Shown here in pieces: positions 48,982 to 56,280 of a DNA stretch of 64,000 bases. Position 1 is the stretch's first letter, and the number at the start of each line of letters is the position of its first letter. The notes under the pieces are model-generated. The model was not told where the DNA came from, made no database searches, and was given only the letters and a program-made list of their open reading frames with translations. The stretch comes from Eubacteriales bacterium (GTDB lineage: Bacteria > Bacillota > Clostridia > Oscillospirales > JAAYXM01), in contig JAZOAI010000033.1 in NCBI GenBank assembly GCA_045595365.1, positions 743 to 64,742 on the forward strand. The letters are read 5' to 3'. The position numbers were made by a program, and so were the translations under genes.

Positions 48982-51249
48982 CTAAAGCTTGTTTCGCTGA
49001 ATCTTTCCGCTTATTGTTTTCGGAAGCTCGTCGCGGAATACGACAAGACGCGGATACTTATACGGCGCAGTGTGTTCCTTGACGTAGTTCTGGATTTCCT
49101 TCTTAAGCTCCTCTGTCGGCTCGGTTCCCTTTGTGAGAACAATGCTCGCCTTTACTATCTGCCCGCGAAGGTCATCCGGTTCTGCCGAAACTCCGCACTC
49201 AAGGACATACGGAAGCTCCATTATGACACTCTCGATTTCAAACGGGCCGATGCGATATCCCGAAGACTTGATAACATCGTCAATACGGCTTACATACCAG
49301 AAATATCCGTCTTCATCGCGCCAGGCCGTGTCACCCGTGTGATACATGCCGTAGCGCATACATTCTTCCATTTTTTCATCATCGTCAAGGTACTGCCTGA
49401 AGAGCCCGACAGGGGTATTCTTATCAAGCTTTACGACAATCTCTCCGACCTCGCCGTTTGCCACTGTGTTTCCGTCGGGGTCAACAATATCAATATCATA
49501 CTGCGGAGAAGCTTTTCCCATAGAGCCTATGCGCGGAGTTGTCCCGAAGAGGTTTGCTATGATGAGCGTAGTCTCCGTCTGACCAAACCCTTCCATAATC
49601 TTAAGCCCGGTTGCTTTTTCAAACTGCTTGTAAACCTCGGGGTTTAATGCTTCTCCGGCGGTTGTCATATGGTGGATTGAAGAAAGGTCGAATTTCGACA
49701 GGTCTTCTTTTATAAACATACGCAGCATTGTCGGAGGTGCGCAGAAGGTTGTGATGTTATACTTTGCAAACATCGGGAGAATGTCCGTTGCGGCAAAGCG
49801 GTCAAAGTCGTAAACAAACACAGCGCCCTCGCAGAGCCACTGGCCGTAGAGCTTGCCCCAGAGTGACTTTCCCCAGCCTGTGTCAGATATTGTGAAATGG
49901 AGCCCGTCACGCTCGCAGCAATGCCAGTATTTCGCCGTCACAAAGTGCCCGAGGGCATATGTGTGCTTGTGTTCAACCATCTTCGGATTTCCGGTTGTCC
50001 CTGATGAGAAGAACATAAGCGCAGCATCATCGCCGCACGAGGTGTCTTCGCATCTTGCAAAATTACTTGAAAAGCGGCCGTATTCGCTGTCAAAATCGTG
50101 CCAGCCGTCACGCTTGCCGCCAACGAGGATTTTCGTCGTAAGGCTCGGGCATCGCTCTGCCGCTCGCTCCGCCATCTCTGCAGCATAGTCATCCGCTGTG
50201 CAGATGATTGCAGAAACGTTCGCCGCGCTGAAGCGGTATTCAAAGTCGTGATCCTTAAGCTGATGAGTTGCAGGAATTGCAACCGCGCCGAGCTTATGAA
50301 GCGCGACCATTGCAAACCAGAACTGGTAGTGCCGTTTTAATACTATCATAACGCGGTCGCCGCGCTTTATTCCGAGTGATGCGAAGTAGTTTGCACATCT
50401 TGCCGACTCGCGCTTGATGTCCTCAAACGTAAAGCGGCGCTCGGTCATATTCTTATCCACATGGAGCATCGCAAGCTTCGTGGGAGCCTTTTCTGCAATA
50501 GCATCAACAACATCAAACCCGAAATTGAAGCTTTCGGTGTTTGTGAACTCAATGCTCTCCAAAACGCCCTCCGAGCTTTCCTTGCACTTTACAAACTTCT
50601 CGCAGGAGAGCTTTGTGGCAGGGCGAAGTGAAACCACGCTTTCGCGGATTTCTTCTTCTTTTACATCCTCGCCGGGAAGAACGACTGCACAGAAAACGCA
50701 ATCCTTGCCGTCGACCGCAATCATTCCGTGAGGGGTTGAGCTGTTATAGTAGATGCTGTCGCCCTCGTGAAGAACCTCAACATTTTTCCCAACCTGAACC
50801 TTAAGCGAACCGCTGATGACAATGTCAAACTCCTGGCCGCTGTGTTTTGTAAGGTGGATTGGCTTATTCTGCTGCTCCTCTGAATATTCATATCTTACCC
50901 AATAGGGTTCTGCAATCTTGTTTTTAAATTTGGGCGCAAGATTTGCAATCGAGATTCCCTCCTCCTTTGCAGTCTCCTGCCCTTTTCCCTTGCGGGTGAC
51001 CGTGTAGGAAGAAAGGTGGGCATCCCCTCCGCCGAGAAGCTCGATTATCTCAATCCCGAACGCAAGCGCGCATTTGTGAATAAATGTAAACGGCATATCT
51101 GCTGAGCCACTCTCATATGCCTTGTATTCATCCTCTGAAACTTCGCAGAGCTTTGCAAGCTCCGGGGCGCTCATTCCCATAATCTCCCGCATCTCGCGAA
51201 TTCGGGTCGCGACCTCCGTTAACTGCGTCATTGATTTTTCCAAAGTCAT
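48982..51249 (-). CDS. XRE-HTH + cupin + AMP-forming acyl-CoA ligase fusion (paralog 2, behind the Ile T-box)
   Basis: Same three-domain layout as 46319-48607 and alignable end to end. The C-terminal ~100 aa are almost identical (DVIKSSGYRIGPFEIESVIMELPYVLECGVSA...). Confidence 0.8.
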   Translation of the reverse strand: MTLEKSMTQLTEVATRIREMREIMGMSAPELAKLCEVSEDEYKAYESGSADMPFTFIHKCALAFGIEIIELLGGGDAHLSSYTVTRKGKGQETAKEEGISIANLAPKFKNKIAEPYWVRYEYSEEQQNKPIHLTKHSGQEFDIVISGSLKVQVGKNVEVLHEGDSIYYNSSTPHGMIAVDGKDCVFCAVVLPGEDVKEEEIRESVVSLRPATKLSCEKFVKCKESSEGVLESIEFTNTESFNFGFDVVDAIAEKAPTKLAMLHVDKNMTERRFTFEDIKRESARCANYFASLGIKRGDRVMIVLKRHYQFWFAMVALHKLGAVAIPATHQLKDHDFEYRFSAANVSAIICTADDYAAEMAERAAERCPSLTTKILVGGKRDGWHDFDSEYGRFSSNFARCEDTSCGDDAALMFFSSGTTGNPKMVEHKHTYALGHFVTAKYWHCCERDGLHFTISDTGWGKSLWGKLYGQWLCEGAVFVYDFDRFAATDILPMFAKYNITTFCAPPTMLRMFIKEDLSKFDLSSIHHMTTAGEALNPEVYKQFEKATGLKIMEGFGQTETTLIIANLFGTTPRIGSMGKASPQYDIDIVDPDGNTVANGEVGEIVVKLDKNTPVGLFRQYLDDDEKMEECMRYGMYHTGDTAWRDEDGYFWYVSRIDDVIKSSGYRIGPFEIESVIMELPYVLECGVSAEPDDLRGQIVKASIVLTKGTEPTEELKKEIQNYVKEHTAPYKYPRLVVFRDELPKTISGKIQRNKL

Positions 51250-51279
51250 CTGAAGTTCTCCTTTCTAAAGAAATAAAAT

Positions 51280-51558
51280 AATAAAAACTCGCCTCAAAGG
51301 TTTCTTTGAGACGAGTTCGATAACAAAACCGATACCCGCGGTACCACTCAAATTGTGCAAGAAAATGCACCACTCAGGCTCCAGCAAGCCTTATGCCTTT
51401 ACGCAGCAATCACGGAAGGCGCCTACTCACCGCAAGGGTTTCGGACCTCCAGCTCAGAAGTGATGGGAGAAAACAGTTCACTATCGGGATTTCACCGCCC
51501 CCGACTCTCTGAAAAGCTTCGTTGTTTTTCCGTCTTCGTCACAGCTTTTATTTATTTT
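51280..51558 (-). promoter_or_regulatory. T-box leader, specifier read as AUC (Ile)
   Basis: Same K-turn and GAAG/CUUC helix as the Val leader. Specifier loop 3' side is CCC-AUC-A (codon at 51464-51462). It also has the AGAGAG bulge, distal loop GGCGGUGAAAU, T-box AGTGGTACCGCGGG, and terminator AACTCGTCTCAAAG/CTTTGAGGCGAGTT plus a T run. Confidence 0.75.
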
Positions 51559-51564
51559 TTTATA

Positions 51565-51593
51565 ATTTTACACCCGCAAAAAGCTTTTGTCAA
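51565..51593 (-). promoter_or_regulatory. Sigma-A promoter for the Ile T-box unit
   Basis: TTGACA, 17 nt, then TAAAAT, starting 16 nt after the stop of the upstream gene. Confidence 0.55.
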
Positions 51594-51608
51594 GCACTTT
51601 TTTAATTT

Positions 51609-54065
51609 TTATTCAAGCCCTAAAAGCTTCGCCGCTTCCTCGCGCATTTTATACTTGAGGATTTTCCCCGCTGCGTTCATCGGGAAGCTCTTTACGAACA
51701 TAAAATATCTCGGAACCTTATGGCGCGCTATGTGAGCGTTTCCAAACTCGCGCATCTCATTCTCGTCAGCTTCCTCGCCGTCGTGGAGGATAATCCACGC
51801 ACAGCACTCCTCACCGTATCTCTTGTCGGGAACGCCGACAACCTGAACGTCGCGAACCTTCGGGTTTGTGAGGTAGAATTCCTCTATCTCGCGTGGATAC
51901 AGGTTTTCACCGCCGCGGATAATCATATCCTTGAGGCGGCCTGTGACCTTGTAATATCCGTCAGGAGTTCTGCAGCAGATGTCACCCGAATGGAGCCAGC
52001 CGTCGGCATCTATCGTCTGTGCGGTGGCGCGGGGCATTTTGTAGTACCCCTTCATTATGTTAAATCCACGCGCTACAAATTCGCCGCTCTCCCCATCCGG
52101 AAGCTCTTCTCCCGTTTCGGGGTCAATAATCTTGCACTCAACTCCCGGGAACGCGCTTCCGACAGTTTCAACTCGGTGGTCGATATCCTCATTGACCTCG
52201 CCCATAGTGCAGCCCGGGGATGCCTCAGTCTGGCCGTAAACGCTTATAATCTCCTTCATATTCATCTCATCTGCAGCGCGGCGCATAAGATCTGCAGGGC
52301 AGTTTGCGCCTGCCATTATGCCGGTGCGGATATGAGAGAAGTCTGTTTTTTGGAAATCCGGATGATTGAACATCGCAATAAACATCGTCGGGACTCCATT
52401 GAAGCAGGTTATTCTCTCGTCATTAACACAGGCGAGTGAGGATGCCGGAGAAAAGTATGGCATCGGAAAGAGCGTTCCGCCGTGAGTCATCGTAGATGTC
52501 ATGGAAAGAACCATCCCGAAGCAGTGGAACATCGGAACCTGAATCATCATACGGTCGGCAGTTGAGAGATCCATACGGTCGCCTATCGTTTTGCCGTTAT
52601 TGACTATATTTCTGTGAGTGAGCATAACCCCCTTCGGGAACCCTGTTGTTCCTGAGGTGTATTGCATATTGCAGACATCGTCAGGCTCAACGAGCGATGC
52701 GCGGCGGCGCACCTCTTCCTTCGGAACATCAGCCGCGCGGGCAAGCATATCCTCCCAGGTGAGGCAGCCTGCCATTTCAAAGCCGACTGTTACTACATTC
52801 CTGAGAAACGGAAGGTTTTTTGCATAAAGCGGTTTTCCCGGCTGCAGGGTAGCAAGCTCAGGGCAAAGCTCCTCTATAATCTCGCGATAGTTTGTATCCT
52901 TGCAGTCTTCAATCATAACGAGCGTGTGGGTGTCTGACTGGCGAAGCAAGTATTCAATCTCGTGGATTTTATATGCCGTATTGACAGTTACAAGAACTGC
53001 TCCGATTTTTGTTGTTGCCCAGAAGGTTATAAACCATTGGGGAACATTCGTCGCCCATATGGCAACGTGGTCTCCGGCTTTTACGCCAAGGGAAATGAGA
53101 GCCGCTGCCGCCTCATCAACATCGCGGCGAAATTCAGAATACGTTCTTGTGTAATCAAGTGTTGTATACTTAAAAGCATACTGGTCGGGGTACCTCTCTG
53201 CCATAGTGTCGAGAACCTGAGAGAAGGTCTTGTCTATTACCTCGTACTTTTCCCAGACGTATGTCCCCGTTTTTGCTCTGTTATAGAACACATTCTCGCG
53301 GGAATTCTTTATTCCGCCGAGATTCTCAATGTAATTTGAAAAATGCGTCAGAACAATGTCTGCATCGTCAATTTCATCGTTCCAGGCAACAGAGATAAAG
53401 CCGTCATAGTTAAGCGACGAAAGCGCATCTATAACCTCTCCCACAGGGAGGTCTCCCTCTCCGATGAGGACATTTGTTTCACCCTTGCGGTCACCGAGTC
53501 TTACATACTTAATATATGCGCCAAGGTTTGTGATTGTATCCTCCGCACTTTCCCGTGCGCAGAAATATGTTTCTCTGACATCCCACGCCGCGCCGAGAGC
53601 TGCACTTGAGAAGAATTTTATTATGTCAATTACATTTTCCGTGTGCGAAAGATAGTCTGACGTTGAGAGAAGAATTTGCACATCTGAGCCTTCTGCCCGC
53701 TCAATTGCAGGAGAAAGCCTTTTTTCGAGAAGCCTAAAATCCGTTTCCTTTTCAATATGGACAATCACGCTCGGGATACCTGCACTAAGTGCCATATCAA
53801 CATATCTTTTTACAGCTTCTCCGTCAGCCTCGTCTGAATCAAGAGCATACGGATATATAAGCGACGACACCTCAAGGGCGCGGTTTAAAAGCTTGCGTTT
53901 TGAATCAGAAACCTTGCCGCTTCTGAGAATGCTGTCAGGATGATTCATCCTTTCTTTTTCGGCATCGTATATCTCAAAGCCTGAAAATCCATAGTCATAA
54001 GCATACTTGCAGACATCGAGAAAGGTGGCACACCTGATGTTTTTTGTCGAAAAGGTGAATTTCAT
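51609..54065 (-). CDS. Fusion protein: xylose-isomerase-like TIM-barrel domain + AMP-forming acyl-CoA ligase
   Basis: The N-terminal ~270 aa resemble sugar-phosphate isomerase/epimerase (AP_endonuc_2) TIM barrels (GFSGFEIY, VIVHIEK, LPVGEVIDALSSLNYDGFISV). The C-terminal ~550 aa form an ANL ligase (YTSGTTGFPKGVMLTH, YGQTE, WLHSGD, RGGENLYP, GKILK). The ATG at 54065 lies 6 nt after GAGGAGG and 1 nt after the upstream stop. Confidence 0.75.
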   Translation of the reverse strand: MKFTFSTKNIRCATFLDVCKYAYDYGFSGFEIYDAEKERMNHPDSILRSGKVSDSKRKLLNRALEVSSLIYPYALDSDEADGEAVKRYVDMALSAGIPSVIVHIEKETDFRLLEKRLSPAIERAEGSDVQILLSTSDYLSHTENVIDIIKFFSSAALGAAWDVRETYFCARESAEDTITNLGAYIKYVRLGDRKGETNVLIGEGDLPVGEVIDALSSLNYDGFISVAWNDEIDDADIVLTHFSNYIENLGGIKNSRENVFYNRAKTGTYVWEKYEVIDKTFSQVLDTMAERYPDQYAFKYTTLDYTRTYSEFRRDVDEAAAALISLGVKAGDHVAIWATNVPQWFITFWATTKIGAVLVTVNTAYKIHEIEYLLRQSDTHTLVMIEDCKDTNYREIIEELCPELATLQPGKPLYAKNLPFLRNVVTVGFEMAGCLTWEDMLARAADVPKEEVRRRASLVEPDDVCNMQYTSGTTGFPKGVMLTHRNIVNNGKTIGDRMDLSTADRMMIQVPMFHCFGMVLSMTSTMTHGGTLFPMPYFSPASSLACVNDERITCFNGVPTMFIAMFNHPDFQKTDFSHIRTGIMAGANCPADLMRRAADEMNMKEIISVYGQTEASPGCTMGEVNEDIDHRVETVGSAFPGVECKIIDPETGEELPDGESGEFVARGFNIMKGYYKMPRATAQTIDADGWLHSGDICCRTPDGYYKVTGRLKDMIIRGGENLYPREIEEFYLTNPKVRDVQVVGVPDKRYGEECCAWIILHDGEEADENEMREFGNAHIARHKVPRYFMFVKSFPMNAAGKILKYKMREEAAKLLGLE

Positions 54066-54066
54066 A

Positions 54067-55458
54067 TTAATCCTCCTCAAAAACAATCTTGTTGAGTGCA
54101 TTGATATATGCACGGATGCTTGCCGCTACAATGTCAGTGGAAATTCCGTTGCCTGAATAGAGCTTCCCGTGGCTGCGCAGACGGACAAGAGCAGATCCGA
54201 GAGCTTCCTTGCCCTCTGTAACCGCCTGAATCTGGAAGTCGTCAAGCTCGTAGTGGTAACCCACGCTCTGCTCAATAGCGCGGAAAACAGAGTCAATCGG
54301 CCCGTCACCCGTGCTGACTCCGTGAAGGAGCTTATCGCCCGTGCGGAGAGTTACCTGCGACATAGAGTCTGCGAGGTTTCCGCAAGTTGTTGTGTAACTC
54401 TCGAGATGATATTTTGACGGCGCCTGCATAGCAAAGCTTGCAATAAGAGCTTCAAGCTCTTTTGCTCCGACACTTCCCTTTTTCTCACAAACCTGAGAAA
54501 GCGCGGAATGAACATTCCCGCAATCCTCATCTGTCAGGTCATAGCCGAGGATCCGCGCAGCTTCTGCCACCTGGGTGATTGTGCTGTCTGTTGTGAGGAA
54601 AATCGAGCTTTTTGAACCGTCTTCTGATGTTTCTTCAGTCTTAACGCTGTGGTTGATTTTCTTAAGCAACGCTTCCGTATCCGAATGAACCTGAGTGTTT
54701 TTAAGCCCTGTGAAGATGCCAAAGCTCTCCCCTCTTTTGCTGATCGCATCGGAAAGCTCGCCCGTTATGAGGGTTGATGAACCGCAGAGGGCGCACTTAA
54801 GCCCCGAAGCACCTGCTTCGATCGCTGAAATCGCTGTTGCGACCGCCATTCTGAGGTTGTTTGAAACAGAAACACAGACCGAAACCGAAACCTTACCCGA
54901 AATCCTGCCCACAAGCTCTGCCATTTCTGCAGGGAGGAAAACTCCCGCATCATCACAGAGAGTTACGCTTCCTGCACCGGCGCGCTCAGCTTCTAAAACG
55001 CAATTTTCGAGAAACTCGAGGTTTGCGCGGGTTGCATCAAGCGCAACAAACTCAACATCGCTGCATAATGCTTTTGCATTTGCTACAAGCTCTGAAATTT
55101 TAGTGAGCATTTTTTCAGCCTTGATGTGGTATGTATACTCCATCGAAACAGTCGATGTGGGAAGCGCGACCTGAAGCCGCGGGTGTGCAGCGTCTTTTAT
55201 GCACTCCCACGCCTGTTCCGCTTCGGCTTCTGAAAAACCGACAGGAATTGCAACGATGCAATCCTTGAGGGTTGAGGAAATTGTTTTATATATAATGGTG
55301 TCCTCGCGAAGCTTTTTAATCGGAGCGAGCTCAACAACGTCAACTCCGCAAGCCTCCGCGCAAGCCGCAATAGCTGTTTTTTCACGGAAAAGAAGATTTG
55401 CCTCGCGCTCGTTTGCAAGGTTTTTGAGAGTAATGTCTGCAATAGTGATTTTTTTCAT
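54067..55458 (-). CDS. LeuA/CimA-like protein with a degenerate catalytic barrel and a conserved C-terminal LeuA regulatory (dimerisation) domain
   Basis: The C-terminus (GDGPIDSVFRAI...QAVTEGKEALGSALVRL...GNGISTDIVAASIRAYINALNKI) matches the LeuA allosteric domain. In the N-terminal barrel, DITLKNLANE replaces DTTLRDGEQ and VSVSNNLRMAV replaces HxHNDxGxAxAN. ATG at 55458, 8 nt after AAAGGAG. Confidence 0.7.
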   Translation of the reverse strand: MKKITIADITLKNLANEREANLLFREKTAIAACAEACGVDVVELAPIKKLREDTIIYKTISSTLKDCIVAIPVGFSEAEAEQAWECIKDAAHPRLQVALPTSTVSMEYTYHIKAEKMLTKISELVANAKALCSDVEFVALDATRANLEFLENCVLEAERAGAGSVTLCDDAGVFLPAEMAELVGRISGKVSVSVCVSVSNNLRMAVATAISAIEAGASGLKCALCGSSTLITGELSDAISKRGESFGIFTGLKNTQVHSDTEALLKKINHSVKTEETSEDGSKSSIFLTTDSTITQVAEAARILGYDLTDEDCGNVHSALSQVCEKKGSVGAKELEALIASFAMQAPSKYHLESYTTTCGNLADSMSQVTLRTGDKLLHGVSTGDGPIDSVFRAIEQSVGYHYELDDFQIQAVTEGKEALGSALVRLRSHGKLYSGNGISTDIVAASIRAYINALNKIVFEED

Positions 55459-55499
55459 CGAAAAAACTCCTTTCAAAATTCAAGGGTTCGGGCTTTCGC

Positions 55500-55785
55500 A
55501 ACAAAAAACGCCTTCGCCTCATTGTTGCTTCAAAGAGACGAAAGCGTTAAATTTAAAATTTAACTTTCCGCGGTACCACTCTTTTTCATCCGTTTCGGAT
55601 GCCCTTAGATGCCAGCACATCTTAACTCTGTTACGGGAGTGCCCGTCTGCCCCTACAATTTGAAGTTCACGGCAGCCGCTCCGCGGTGAGTTCTGCAAGT
55701 CTTTTCCAATGCCTTGCACCAACCGGCATCTCTCTTCAGATAAAAGAATTTTGCATACTATTCCGCATCACTGCGTTTTTATTTG
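55500..55785 (-). promoter_or_regulatory. T-box leader, specifier CUC (Leu)
   Basis: A canonical Stem I: K-turn GUGAUG/CGGA, 5' AAUAGUA, AGAGAG bulge, distal loop GGUUGGUGCAA, and specifier loop GAA-CUC-A (codon at 55690-55688). It also has T-box AGAGTGGTACCGCGG and a 14-bp terminator AACGCTTTCGTCTC/GAGGCGAAGGCGTT plus T6. Confidence 0.85.
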
Positions 55786-55791
55786 GTAAAC

Positions 55792-55820
55792 ATTTTATCA
55801 TATAGCTTCTCTTTTGTCAA
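55792..55820 (-). promoter_or_regulatory. Sigma-A promoter (extended -10) for the Leu T-box unit
   Basis: TTGACA, 17 nt, then TAAAAT, with TGA immediately upstream of the -10 element. Confidence 0.55.
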
Positions 55821-55822
55821 GA

Positions 55823-56275
55823 TTATTTTTTCATACTTTGTATTTTCAGGCGCAGGGTTTCTTCAAACTTACTATCCTGAGATTTTTCTCTTTTTGGTGC
55901 GCCGCGAAGCCGACCTCCTGCGTTTCTGATTTTCTTTGCGGTATGCCGCGCAAGGAGTAGCGCATCTATGTTAACTTCCGTATACTCAAGCCCATCCTGA
56001 TTGATGACACACGCACCGCGCGATAGCGCCATTGATGCAAGCCCGTAGTCCTGCGTTATAACAATATCTCCCTGCCTTGCAAAATTTACAAGGCAAAAAT
56101 CTGCGCTGTCGGCACCTTTTGGGACTATATGAGTCTCAGCACCCTCACGGTTAAACTCATGCGAGCTGTCGCAAAAAATATGGCACTCTGCATTCTCTTC
56201 GCGCGAAACTTTCAGGCATATATTGACAACGGGGCAACCGTCTGCATCTATAAGAATCCTCATTTTAGCGCTCAT
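55823..56275 (-). CDS. YaiI/YqxD-family protein (UPF0178/DUF188)
   Basis: MRILIDADGCPV...ITQDYGLA is typical of the family. The start could be the ATG at 56263. Confidence 0.7.
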   Translation of the reverse strand: MSAKMRILIDADGCPVVNICLKVSREENAECHIFCDSSHEFNREGAETHIVPKGADSADFCLVNFARQGDIVITQDYGLASMALSRGACVINQDGLEYTEVNIDALLLARHTAKKIRNAGGRLRGAPKREKSQDSKFEETLRLKIQSMKK

Positions 56276-56280
56276 TAACT

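Noticed and set aside
51465-51480. GAA-CUG-U in the Ile leader as a possible Leu specifier
   Set aside because: It sits higher in Stem I, adjacent to the distal helix, and is followed by U rather than a purine. The triplet next to the K-turn-proximal helix is AUC-A.
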